From: Candidatus Woesearchaeota archaeon | GTDB lineage: Archaea; Nanobdellota; Nanobdellia; SCGC-AAA011-G17; JAGVZF01 | DNA length: 51,290 bases | NCBI GenBank assembly: GCA_018302805.1 | Contig: JAGVZD010000001.1 | Location: 1-51,290, forward strand | Direction: 5' to 3' | In this document: positions 38,224 through 47,789 of the stretch, piece after piece | How positions within the stretch are numbered: the first letter of the stretch is position 1 | Layout: each line of letters opens with the position of its first letter | The notes under the pieces: model-generated | Told to the model about the DNA's origin: nothing | Seen by the model: the letters and a program-made list of their open reading frames with translations, nothing else | Database searches by the model: none | Program-made: the position numbers and the translations under genes

Positions 38224-38685
38224 TTAAAATCTAAACCATTTTATTAAGTTAGAATAATTACTAGATCTACTTTTTCTATTATATTTTGTAAGTTCCTGGT
38301 GCATTTTAGGCCATTCATTTTTAATGAAGTTCTTTTCTAATGATAATTGATTTGCAAAACCTCTTTGCTTAAGTTCTTTTGTTACTATACCACCTTTATG
38401 CGGATGGCTATATAACTTTGGCAGTGGAGAATGAAAGCCATGACTATAGTGAATTAATTCATGAGCAATAGTTAAATCAATAATATATTCTGGAACAAGA
38501 GAACTTTGAAACAAGGAATTTACAGCTATTTCTGTGTCCTTATTTTTTAATGTTTTAATATGGCCAAACTTGTTTTTCCACTTGCCTTTGAACTTGATGA
38601 TGACATTATTTTTTCTTTGTGTGTCTTGAAATAATAATTCCCAAATTTGTTCGAGTCTTCGTCCAAGCCATAAATTATTTCTCAT
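38224..38685 (-). CDS. SprT-like zinc metalloprotease domain protein
   Basis: TIAHELIHY (HExxH), downstream PH.GG. Confidence 0.75.
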   Translation of the reverse strand: MRNNLWLGRRLEQIWELLFQDTQRKNNVIIKFKGKWKNKFGHIKTLKNKDTEIAVNSLFQSSLVPEYIIDLTIAHELIHYSHGFHSPLPKLYSHPHKGGIVTKELKQRGFANQLSLEKNFIKNEWPKMHQELTKYNRKSRSSNYSNLIKWFRF

Positions 38686-38719
38686 AAAATTCAGATAAAG
38701 AGTTTATTTAAAAAGTTTA

Positions 38720-39064
38720 TTATAGCATTTTCAATTTTGATGTGACTTTATCAATTTCTTCTTCAAGATCTGGGCCTAGGGCTAGGCATGTTGTTGTTGG
38801 TTCTTTAAAATAAGTTAAACCTGAATCTGTAATTAATGCTGTAACTAATTTATTTTTTTGTGCTTGTTTCTTTAAATCTACTAATTCTCTTAGATTTGAA
38901 ACTTTTAAGATAATTTTTGGCATTCCTTGATCTCTCCATTTTTCTACCATTGATTTATCTGACTTTAGAACAGATTCCACTGAGGCATGCGCTACTTGAC
39001 TTGAAAGCTTCCCCTTGGCCATCTTAAGGTCAGAGCGAACTATAATTACTTGCTTGTAATCCAT
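38720..39064 (-). CDS. pth2: Peptidyl-tRNA hydrolase Pth2
   Basis: KQVIIVRSDLKM.KGK...QVAHAS, KI.LKV, DSGLT, T.LALGP, IDKVT..LK.L. Confidence 0.95.
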   Translation of the reverse strand: MDYKQVIIVRSDLKMAKGKLSSQVAHASVESVLKSDKSMVEKWRDQGMPKIILKVSNLRELVDLKKQAQKNKLVTALITDSGLTYFKEPTTTCLALGPDLEEEIDKVTSKLKML

Positions 39065-39965
39065 CTATACAGCGTTTACTTAAGTGATTTATAAACCTAT
39101 CGTGCTTTCTTTTTAGAAGAAGTTTCCCTGCATTTTCATACATCCAAATACAAAGCTTTCTTGCATCGTCTCCGTAATACAAACAAATGTATAGGTTATA
39201 ATATTGCTTTCTTCTTTTATTAATTCTTAATCCAAGTTTCTTATTTAATTCTTTTTCCAAACCACTTATGAAACTAATATTTCCTACAAAAGCTATTTTT
39301 ATTGTGTTAGGATAATTAAACATTATACTACCATCGCCATCGAAGAATCCACGAATGAAACTCGCTAAATATTCTTTAGGTATTTTTGGAAAGGGATAGT
39401 CATTAAATGATTTTCTAGGTTTGCAGCCAAGGTTAATCAGATCTCTATGTAGCATTTTAGATTCTACCCTTAGCATAACACTATCTTTGTAGAAACTAAT
39501 TGGGCCACCGTAATCTAGCAGGTTCTTGATTTCTTCTAAAATATAAGAATCTTTTTTATGTAAATGAATTGAACAACTATGTTTATTTGTTGACACTGTA
39601 CCATCACTAAAAAACCAACCTAAAACATATGCCATTTCATGAGACCAAATCTTAAAGAAACCTTCATTTAGTTTATATTTTCTACAAGTAACATCTCTTT
39701 TTAAGCGAAGTCTAGATGCTTTATGGTTAATGGACTTAACTGTCCTCTTTGGAAATAATTTATATACTATTAAATTGACAGAGTAATGCTTCTTCAATAG
39801 TTCTATCTCCCACTTTTTCCAACAGACATGAGGTTTGGTTAGCCCAAATTTTCTCTTTCTTCTTATTATTGTTGATGGATCAACATTAAGCTCTTTGGCT
39901 AATTCTTTATAACTTTTTGTTTGTAATTCATGCCTCAAATATTCTTCATTATGATATAACTTCAT
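39030..39965 (-). CDS. Free-standing LAGLIDADG-family protein with an N-terminal HTH
   Basis: AYVLGWFFSDG and FIRGFFDGDGS motifs; SYKELAKELNVDPSTI HTH; terminal L.RK. Confidence 0.85.
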   Translation of the reverse strand: MKLYHNEEYLRHELQTKSYKELAKELNVDPSTIIRRKRKFGLTKPHVCWKKWEIELLKKHYSVNLIVYKLFPKRTVKSINHKASRLRLKRDVTCRKYKLNEGFFKIWSHEMAYVLGWFFSDGTVSTNKHSCSIHLHKKDSYILEEIKNLLDYGGPISFYKDSVMLRVESKMLHRDLINLGCKPRKSFNDYPFPKIPKEYLASFIRGFFDGDGSIMFNYPNTIKIAFVGNISFISGLEKELNKKLGLRINKRRKQYYNLYICLYYGDDARKLCIWMYENAGKLLLKRKHDRFINHLSKRCIDGLQASNYSSL

Positions 39966-40070
39966 CTACTGACTTTTGTATGTCTGATTTATATATCTTA
40001 TTTGCGCTCTTGTCCAGTGTGTCCAGTGATTTCAATTATTATCATCTCTCTTATAACAGAATTTCTAATT

Positions 40071-43000
40071 TTACTTTATCAACCCTTCTTGTGGTATATT
40101 CTTTAAAAATAAAGGACTTCCTATACCACCACCTCTAGGTATTTCAATAACATTAAATGAATCACACCATACTATTCCACTTCCTACTGGATTAGGTCCA
40201 GGAGTATTATAACAAAGAACTCTTAAGAATCTAGCATCTTGCCTGTTATTCTCTACATCAAATTCTATATAAGTCCAATCATTATCATTATATAATCTCC
40301 TAATATCAATAGGATTAATATTTAATTTACAATTACTATAATCCCATATTGGTTGATGATTTATATTTTCACATTCACTTATTATAGTTCCATAACAATT
40401 ATTATCATTACAATCTGTTTTTATATATCCACTTACTCTATATCTTTTATTATAGTCTACTGGAATATCCTGATAAGAATAACCTCTGTCATTAGTTACT
40501 TGAATTTTTAAAGACTTACTCCCTTGGTATTTAATAACATTATCTAATAATCCACTACCAGAAGTTACATATCCATCAGGTTTATTATTATTAGAAATAT
40601 TATCTTCTTGATTCCAGTTAGGATAATAATCTATTCCAGAATCTATTTCATAAGATGGGTTTCTTTGTTTATTTACGCTAGGATAATAACCTGTATTCTT
40701 ACCATCTTTACCGAATTCAGGCCAACCTGTAAATTGATTTGCTCTACCATTTAATTCCCACGCATATATATAAGGTCCATAATTTAGAGCAACGATTTCT
40801 AAATTTCCATCATTATTTATATCTTCAATGATTGGAGCTGAATAAAAGATTTCACTGGTGGAAATAGGCCAACCATTCACATCAGATGCATCTTCATTCA
40901 AAGCATATAATTTATAATTAGTCGCAGTAAAAACTATCTCTAAATTGTTATCATTGTCCACATCAGCTATTACTGGAGATCCAATAAAGCCGTTTATTGT
41001 TTTTGGCCAACCCGTTAAAATAGAACCATCACTATTTATTACATAAATCTTATTTGAGAGTTGGTTAATATAAGTAACTACAATAATTTCAGGTAGATCA
41101 TCATTATTAAGATCTGCAACTGCAAGTGTACTAATTGGAGGTTCACTTATTGTTTTTGGCCAACCAGACTTGATTAAACCATTATATCCATAAATAAACA
41201 ATTTATTATTCGATATTACTTCGAAATCTCTTGATCCAACAATTATTTCCAATAGTTTATCACCATCTATGTCTGCAACAACTGGAGACATCAAAGCGCC
41301 GACATTATTCTGGATTGGCCAACCTGGTAACAAACTACCATTTGCCCTAAATACATAAAGCCATCCATCTTCAAGACTAGCAACAATATCTAATGAACCA
41401 TCATTATCTATATCTGCAATTGGAGTTTGGGGGTATAGTCTATTAGATAAACTGACAATTGGCCATCCGTTAACATATGTTCTATCTTCGTTGAAGACAT
41501 ACAGGTTATTGCCACTACCCACTACAATTTCTAATAATCCATCATTATCTATATCTCCAAGAGAGGGTGTATTTACGCCACTTGTCGTTAGTGTTATTGG
41601 CCAGCCATTATGAATTGAGCCATCTTCATCATAAACAATGAGATTGCTTCCAATATTCGTTGATCGTGTTCCAACAACAATTTCAGGAGTTGCATCATTA
41701 TTTATATCACCAACTGCAGGAGAAGTCCAAAATCCAGGAAAACCTCCTGCAATTGGCCAACCTGGATATGTAGATCCATCATAGTTATATACATAAACCC
41801 AAGTCCATTGTCCTAATGCAATTATTTCCATATTTCTATCACCATTAAAATCTGTTATTGTAGGAGAAGCTTCTAAATACTCACCAATTTGGGTTAGGAT
41901 AGGCCAACCAGTCAATTGAATATGTAAATTTCTTTCGAAACTAAATGTATCAAAAGCTTCCTGACCATAAATATCAGTAACTACTAACTTAACTTGATAA
42001 TTTCCTGGAGATAATGTTAATAAATCAATTGAGTATAGCAGACCATCATTTTGAGTAGTTTGATGAGATAATAAGGTCCAGGATTGAGGATAAATTTCTG
42101 TGCCAAGATATATTTTATAATCTGAAAATCTGCTACTTCGTGCAGTTCCAAATATGTTTAAAATATTGCTGGTAACCCTGGTTTGAGTTCCATCTATAAT
42201 AGCAATCGGATAGCTTCCTGTTTGCAAAGTTCTCTGAGTTAATCTCAGTGCATTGAATGCATTAATTCTTCCAGTGCCAAAATATACTGTTGGTTCAACA
42301 AATGGATCAACAGATGACTGGATAATTGATATAACCTCCTTAGGTGACAATGCAGGATTATAGGATAAAATTAAAGCTCCAACTCCTGCAACAATAGGTG
42401 TAGCTATTGATGTTGCTCCATGTTTAGAATATTTAGTTGTAGCATCATTATTAGTTGTATAAACATAATTAGCTGGCGCACCAATATCTGTTTTAGGTCC
42501 AAAATTACTGCTTTCTTTAAGTTTATCTTGCTGTGTACTAGCAGTTACACATAAAACATTTTCATTATTACAAAGATGATTAACTTCCCAAACCCCATCC
42601 CTGTTACCTGCAGCTGTAACTAATAAGATATTTCTGGATATCGCGTAATTTAATATGTCAGCCCATATCCCTGAAGATTCACCATACAGGCTCATACTAA
42701 TAACTTTAGCACCATTATCAATATCATATTCAATTTCATTTACATCATCAAATCCTGCTGTAGCAATAATTTTGCAATTCCAGCAAACTCCAGCAACACC
42801 TATATTGTTGTTTGGTTTTGCAGCTATTACCCCAGTCGTAAATGTACCATGTTCCCAATTTGGTGAACATGGATATGGCGGACCACAAGGAATAAATGGA
42901 TCATTGTCATTATTTTTAAAATCCCATCCGATAAAATCATCTGTAAACCCATTATTATCATCATCAATGTTGTTTATATCTCCTGAGTCAAAGACATATC

Positions 43001-43793
43001 TATTTTGAGAAGCACTCCATTCTAAGGTATCTCCATCGCGGTCTAAATCTTCCCCTAAATTTCTCCATATATTATCAACAAGGTCTTCGTGAAACCATTT
43101 AACAGCAGAATCTGGATTTCCTACAATAATATTTCCTTTTTCAATATACCAAGCTTCAGGAGAATCAATATCTGCATCAGGGGTAGGGGAAGGAATCTCT
43201 GGATTTCTTCCTGTATTTTTGTGATGCCATTGACTAATAAATAAGGGATCATTTGGAATAATTTGTGTAGAGCCTCCTCTAGGAATAGTTTCATCTGGTT
43301 CTAAGGGTATTTCTTCTAAAGTAAACCTAGATTTTGATACTGGTTCTGCTAACTCAATTTCAGAAAGGGAAGACCATTTATTTGCCTCAACAATTGTGTC
43401 AACATTTTCTGGTAAGTTAATTCTAACCCATCTATCTAATCCAATTTGTTTTTTAACTTCATAATTTTTTAAATCTGGTCTAGCATTAAAGATTTTCTTA
43501 ATATCAAGAACTTCTGCTAAATTTGAATTTTTGCTTTTAATTTGATTTATTAGATTTTCTACATTTTGCTTTTCTACTATGTCGTATCCTTCTTTAAATT
43601 TAACATAGATTACTCCTGTTTGATATTCTTTAATGTAGGTTAATTCATTATTAATATCTTGAAAAGTTACTTCTGCGATTGGTTTCGGTGATTTAAGAAG
43701 AATTTTTTCGTATTTTTGTTCTAATACAATACCCAATAAAATGATGATAATAAATACAATTATTGCAAGAAAAAGAAGTTTATTATCCTTCAT
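40071..43793 (-). CDS. S8 subtilase with FG-GAP/VCBS repeats and a C-terminal carbohydrate-binding-like domain
   Basis: PNDP, D.D.PEAW, HGT, AAGN, ATSIATP.VAG; repeated D(I)xNDG..EIV and GWP motifs. Confidence 0.9.
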   Translation of the reverse strand: MKDNKLLFLAIIVFIIIILLGIVLEQKYEKILLKSPKPIAEVTFQDINNELTYIKEYQTGVIYVKFKEGYDIVEKQNVENLINQIKSKNSNLAEVLDIKKIFNARPDLKNYEVKKQIGLDRWVRINLPENVDTIVEANKWSSLSEIELAEPVSKSRFTLEEIPLEPDETIPRGGSTQIIPNDPLFISQWHHKNTGRNPEIPSPTPDADIDSPEAWYIEKGNIIVGNPDSAVKWFHEDLVDNIWRNLGEDLDRDGDTLEWSASQNRYVFDSGDINNIDDDNNGFTDDFIGWDFKNNDNDPFIPCGPPYPCSPNWEHGTFTTGVIAAKPNNNIGVAGVCWNCKIIATAGFDDVNEIEYDIDNGAKVISMSLYGESSGIWADILNYAISRNILLVTAAGNRDGVWEVNHLCNNENVLCVTASTQQDKLKESSNFGPKTDIGAPANYVYTTNNDATTKYSKHGATSIATPIVAGVGALILSYNPALSPKEVISIIQSSVDPFVEPTVYFGTGRINAFNALRLTQRTLQTGSYPIAIIDGTQTRVTSNILNIFGTARSSRFSDYKIYLGTEIYPQSWTLLSHQTTQNDGLLYSIDLLTLSPGNYQVKLVVTDIYGQEAFDTFSFERNLHIQLTGWPILTQIGEYLEASPTITDFNGDRNMEIIALGQWTWVYVYNYDGSTYPGWPIAGGFPGFWTSPAVGDINNDATPEIVVGTRSTNIGSNLIVYDEDGSIHNGWPITLTTSGVNTPSLGDIDNDGLLEIVVGSGNNLYVFNEDRTYVNGWPIVSLSNRLYPQTPIADIDNDGSLDIVASLEDGWLYVFRANGSLLPGWPIQNNVGALMSPVVADIDGDKLLEIIVGSRDFEVISNNKLFIYGYNGLIKSGWPKTISEPPISTLAVADLNNDDLPEIIVVTYINQLSNKIYVINSDGSILTGWPKTINGFIGSPVIADVDNDNNLEIVFTATNYKLYALNEDASDVNGWPISTSEIFYSAPIIEDINNDGNLEIVALNYGPYIYAWELNGRANQFTGWPEFGKDGKNTGYYPSVNKQRNPSYEIDSGIDYYPNWNQEDNISNNNKPDGYVTSGSGLLDNVIKYQGSKSLKIQVTNDRGYSYQDIPVDYNKRYRVSGYIKTDCNDNNCYGTIISECENINHQPIWDYSNCKLNINPIDIRRLYNDNDWTYIEFDVENNRQDARFLRVLCYNTPGPNPVGSGIVWCDSFNVIEIPRGGGIGSPLFLKNIPQEGLIK

Positions 43794-43809
43794 TAATTAC
43801 ACCTTTTTT

Positions 43810-44157
43810 TCATTCTTCTTCAAGTTTTCTTTTAGTTAAAAATCTCCATTTTAAAGGCTTGGACTTGAATTTGTGTTCTATTTCTCTGAGAACTGCTTCA
43901 AAAGCTTTATGCAAAGCTTTATTTAAGTCCCAGTCTGATGAATTTGCATTTATTAATACAGATGGTTGATCTATACGTATTTTAATAGTAAATCTTTCTC
44001 TTTTTCCTGCAGTATCATCAATTTTTACTTGAAGATCTACATCAACATCTTTTTTTAAATTCCTCGCAATCTTTTGATAATATTTATTAGATATTTTATT
44101 AATTGCAGCTTGCTGTCCATCATTTAATTTTTTTAATCCAATAAATCTGATTACCAT
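43810..44157 (-). CDS. HPF/RaiA-like ribosome-associated protein
   Basis: About 115 aa, beta-alpha-beta-beta-beta-alpha pattern, WDL.KAL..AF motif. Confidence 0.5.
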   Translation of the reverse strand: MVIRFIGLKKLNDGQQAAINKISNKYYQKIARNLKKDVDVDLQVKIDDTAGKRERFTIKIRIDQPSVLINANSSDWDLNKALHKAFEAVLREIEHKFKSKPLKWRFLTKRKLEEE

Positions 44158-44161
44158 TTTT

Positions 44162-44722
44162 TCACCTCTTTAATAAACAAATAATATATATTTCTTTACT
44201 TGTTTTTTTGCTTGCCATTGGTTTTGTTGATTTTACAAATCTGAATTTCTTTTTTAATTTTTCTATGAATTTATTTGTGTCTTTTCCTTGGAATATTTTT
44301 ACAAGGAAGTTTCCTTTATACCTCAAAACATTTTCTGCTATATATAATGCTCTATTTGATAAATCTAGGCTTAAATCAGAATCTAATGTACCTGTAGTTT
44401 TTGGTGCCAAATCTGATAAAACCAAGTCAAAATCAACTGAAATTTTCCTGATTTCGGAAATGATATCTTTATCCATAACATCTTTTTTCAGAAAGTTAAC
44501 ATCAAGGCCTAATATTTCCTGTTTATCAATTCCAAGAATTAGGCCAGTATTTCCTAATTTATTTTGGCAGTACTGTAACCAGGAACCAGGCCAACAACCC
44601 AAATCTAGGATTTTTTGATTTTTTTTAATTAATTTATATTTCTTATCTAAATCTTGCAGTTTGTATACTGAACGAGCTTTATAACCTTCAATTCTTGCTT
44701 TCTTTGAGAATTTATCTTGCAT
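44162..44722 (-). CDS. rlmE: 23S rRNA U2552 2'-O-methyltransferase RlmE/FtsJ
   Basis: GYKARSVYKL, LDLGCWPGSW.Q, DLVLSDLAP, G.FLVKIFQG, KP.AS...S.E.Y. Confidence 0.93.
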   Translation of the reverse strand: MQDKFSKKARIEGYKARSVYKLQDLDKKYKLIKKNQKILDLGCWPGSWLQYCQNKLGNTGLILGIDKQEILGLDVNFLKKDVMDKDIISEIRKISVDFDLVLSDLAPKTTGTLDSDLSLDLSNRALYIAENVLRYKGNFLVKIFQGKDTNKFIEKLKKKFRFVKSTKPMASKKTSKEIYIICLLKR

Positions 44723-44723
44723 A

Positions 44724-45893
44724 TTAGTAGCTTTGAATTTGAGCATCAATTTTTGGAGGTTGATCAGGTTGTTGTGAGATTTGTAAATTCACATCCCTTG
44801 TTTCTATATTTATTTTTTCATGATCTTTTTGTATATTGATTACTTCTGCTTCAATTGGAGATCTAGCACCCCTTGCAAAGATCAAAGCTACTGGCTTAAG
44901 AATTGTTGCTTCTATAGGATCTACTCTTGTTTTATCAAAGAATTTGTCTACTTCCAGGTTAATTATTACACTTTCACATTTATTTTTCTGATTACATGTA
45001 AATCCTGTTGGACAACCACACTTTAAACAGTTTTCAATTAATAAACCATTATCACAAAATAATGGTTTTTCTGGAGAGCATTTATTATAATCAAGTTTAC
45101 CTTCGCAATATCCTAGAAATGACTCACTGTTTGTATTTATATTAACTGGGATGCAACATTTTCTGTTGATAATTTTTAAATCATAATCTAAATCCTGAGA
45201 AATTTCAAATTTTGTTTCATCCAAAATAAAATCGACATTTTTAATTGTGTATTCGAATTTATCTCCTTGGAAGTTTATGTTAAATTCTTCAATTGTTGAT
45301 TTATCTTGGTATGACAAACTAAAGTACAGTTTGTAAGGTTTTGATTTATCTAGATTTTGCGGCAGTTTTAAAATTAAGTCCTTTTGAAAGACTGCATAAG
45401 GTTCCATTATTTCTAGAAATAGACCATCTTGTGCTATAAAGGGAATGTAAGCCATTGCCGTAATATCCTTAATTGGAGCTTCTTTTAAATTTGTTAATTT
45501 TAGATCTAGTGTTAGAGAGGAACCTTCTAATTGAATTAATTTGTTAATATTTTCACCTGCATTGCAACTTTCAGTCAATGATATTAACTCTATTGAACCA
45601 GGACTGCATTCTGCTTGACAAATTCCATTAGATTGTTCGCAGTAATCAGATAATTCGCACTCATTTGTAAAAGTATTACAATTAAAACCTGCTGCACAGC
45701 CACATGTATTACATTCTTTAATTAAGGAACCTTGACTGCAGAAAAATGGCTTTTCTTGACTGCATTTATTGTTTAAAGTGCCATCTTTGCAAGTATCCCA
45801 AATAGCTAATGATGAAAGAAAGTTACTGCTCCCGGATAAGGTGAGTATTATAACAAATAGAAATGTTATTATTAAAAACAACCCTTTTTTCAT
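44724..45893 (-). CDS. Cys-rich secreted/surface protein
   Basis: Signal peptide; duplicated C..KP.FC..G.LI..C..CGC..GF.C module. Confidence 0.75.
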   Translation of the reverse strand: MKKGLFLIITFLFVIILTLSGSSNFLSSLAIWDTCKDGTLNNKCSQEKPFFCSQGSLIKECNTCGCAAGFNCNTFTNECELSDYCEQSNGICQAECSPGSIELISLTESCNAGENINKLIQLEGSSLTLDLKLTNLKEAPIKDITAMAYIPFIAQDGLFLEIMEPYAVFQKDLILKLPQNLDKSKPYKLYFSLSYQDKSTIEEFNINFQGDKFEYTIKNVDFILDETKFEISQDLDYDLKIINRKCCIPVNINTNSESFLGYCEGKLDYNKCSPEKPLFCDNGLLIENCLKCGCPTGFTCNQKNKCESVIINLEVDKFFDKTRVDPIEATILKPVALIFARGARSPIEAEVINIQKDHEKINIETRDVNLQISQQPDQPPKIDAQIQSY

Positions 45894-45928
45894 GCTTAAA
45901 AATTAGGCTAAGAAACTTATAAAACTTT

Positions 45929-46804
45929 CTATAAAAATCTCTGGAGATACAAAAATAAAATAGGAAGAAGACTGAATATAATAAGGAAAATTATGTCATA
46001 AGAATTTAATTTCTGTGGAGATTTGGAAAATAATGGTTTTATTTCCTTGAAGAATGATTTAAATGTAATTAAGAATAAGATTGCCCATGTAATAAATAAG
46101 ATTGATTCTCCAAATAAATTATTGTTATTATGTAATATAATTTGATAAAATACTATAAAATTGTATAAAAGGTGCACTATGATTGTTAAAAATACATTCT
46201 TAGTTTTTTCATATAAAGATGAGATAACTAAAGATCCTAGAAAAACTGAAATTACTGTTATAACTGAATGATATATTGTATTAGGGATTAGGAAAAAATG
46301 TAGCAGTGCGAAATTTATTGATATTACTAAAATAACTACTGTGCTTTTATAAAATTTTGATAAGTAATTTTGAATTAATGACCTTTCTATTAATTCTTCT
46401 TTTATTATAAATAATGGCAGATTTATTAAAAAATATATTAATGCCAGAAATGATGATAAGTTGTAAGATGAGGTATACCATGAATCAAATGATGGATCTA
46501 AGATTCTGCCAATTAATGGAACTGGGAAAAGAAAGAATAAAGCATAAAAAGCAAGTTTGAGGTTATTTTTATTTAGTGACTTAAATCCAAAGAAAGATGA
46601 TTTTTCATTTGTAGTAAATTTTAATATTAAAATCAATAAGATAACTAAAAGTAGAGAATAGATTGCTGTAAGGTTAAACAAACCTAATGAATAGGAATTA
46701 TGTAATTTTATTGATATAAATGTGGATAATTTTGGAAGTATTAGAATTAGTAAAGAGTTTGAGAATACAAGTAATAGGATTATTTTTAAATTTATTTTTG
46801 CCAT
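45929..46804 (-). CDS. CPBP/Abi (CAAX-protease-like) intramembrane metalloprotease
   Basis: EELIER, FALLH and HLLYN motifs in a multi-TM protein. Confidence 0.85.
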   Translation of the reverse strand: MAKINLKIILLLVFSNSLLILILPKLSTFISIKLHNSYSLGLFNLTAIYSLLLVILLILILKFTTNEKSSFFGFKSLNKNNLKLAFYALFFLFPVPLIGRILDPSFDSWYTSSYNLSSFLALIYFLINLPLFIIKEELIERSLIQNYLSKFYKSTVVILVISINFALLHFFLIPNTIYHSVITVISVFLGSLVISSLYEKTKNVFLTIIVHLLYNFIVFYQIILHNNNNLFGESILFITWAILFLITFKSFFKEIKPLFSKSPQKLNSYDIIFLIIFSLLPILFLYLQRFL

Positions 46805-47769
46805 TTTTGATATTTATTTAAAGCTATTATAACTCTAAATGTTGTAAATACCTGACCAAAATTTTTTGGGGCATTTTTGGATAATAACCAACTTCCATTA
46901 TTCTCTTGTCTTGTAATTAGCTCTTGAGCTATTTTATCTATTTTTGCTTTATTTTGATAATTGCTTAATATTAGGACATCTAAAATATTTGCTAAGGTTG
47001 TAGTATCCTGCCATGTTTCTTTATCGTTTATTGAATTTGCTATATAGTCTTGAAAATATTTTATGTCTTTACTCGGTTCGTTAAATTCTACAAGCATTGT
47101 TAATGTATGTATTGCAGCATTTACTTTTGTAATTTTAATATGGTTTTCCTTAAGATAATTATAAGTATCCTGAACTAATTTTTCCTTCACGAATCTTATT
47201 TTTTCTTTGTAATGTTTTTGAATCAAGCGAACACACCAAGATTCATCTGCTATGGTTCTGAAATCTTGGTCTCCTTCATAGAAATTATCAGGTAGCCATT
47301 TGTTTAGATATAAACTATTCTGAACTAAAACTGCCATTTGTTTGTCGTTGTATAAATAACCTAGAATACAATATGTATCAAGAGCAAGGCCATTTGGCTT
47401 TTGCATTGAATCATTAATTATATTGTATAATTTTTCTTCTCTCCACAATGGAAGAAGCGATTCTAATATATTATTTGCTTCATTAACACTTGATTCTAGT
47501 GGTTTATATTCGTTGAATTCGTTTTTTATAAAAATTAAATTGAAGAATGCATCTAACTTCCTGTATGTTAACGTACAGTTTTGTGGTGGACATTCTAATT
47601 TTTCTGAGGGATATACATATTCTAGATAAGTATCTTTATAGCTTAAATCTAGATTTTCAACACTTTTTAGATATTGAATTCCTTTATTTATGGAATCTTG
47701 TGGATTTATTGTATAGGAACAAGAAGAAATAAAGATTAATAAAAATAAAATAAAATATGGCTTAAACAT
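46792..47769 (-). CDS. Lipoprotein-like hypothetical protein (possible alpha/alpha toroid)
   Basis: Hydrophobic N-terminus ending in ISSC; QENNGSW prenyltransferase-like repeat. Confidence 0.6.
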   Translation of the reverse strand: MFKPYFILFLLIFISSCSYTINPQDSINKGIQYLKSVENLDLSYKDTYLEYVYPSEKLECPPQNCTLTYRKLDAFFNLIFIKNEFNEYKPLESSVNEANNILESLLPLWREEKLYNIINDSMQKPNGLALDTYCILGYLYNDKQMAVLVQNSLYLNKWLPDNFYEGDQDFRTIADESWCVRLIQKHYKEKIRFVKEKLVQDTYNYLKENHIKITKVNAAIHTLTMLVEFNEPSKDIKYFQDYIANSINDKETWQDTTTLANILDVLILSNYQNKAKIDKIAQELITRQENNGSWLLSKNAPKNFGQVFTTFRVIIALNKYQKWQK

Positions 47770-47789
47770 TGTATATTGTGATACTATAA

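Noticed and set aside
969..45026. Short antisense or nested ORFs (e.g. 969-1175, 1688-1996, 2634-2957, 10629-10877, 25965-26318, 42655-43008, 44208-44618)
   Set aside because: They lie within or opposite well-supported genes and have no recognisable motifs.
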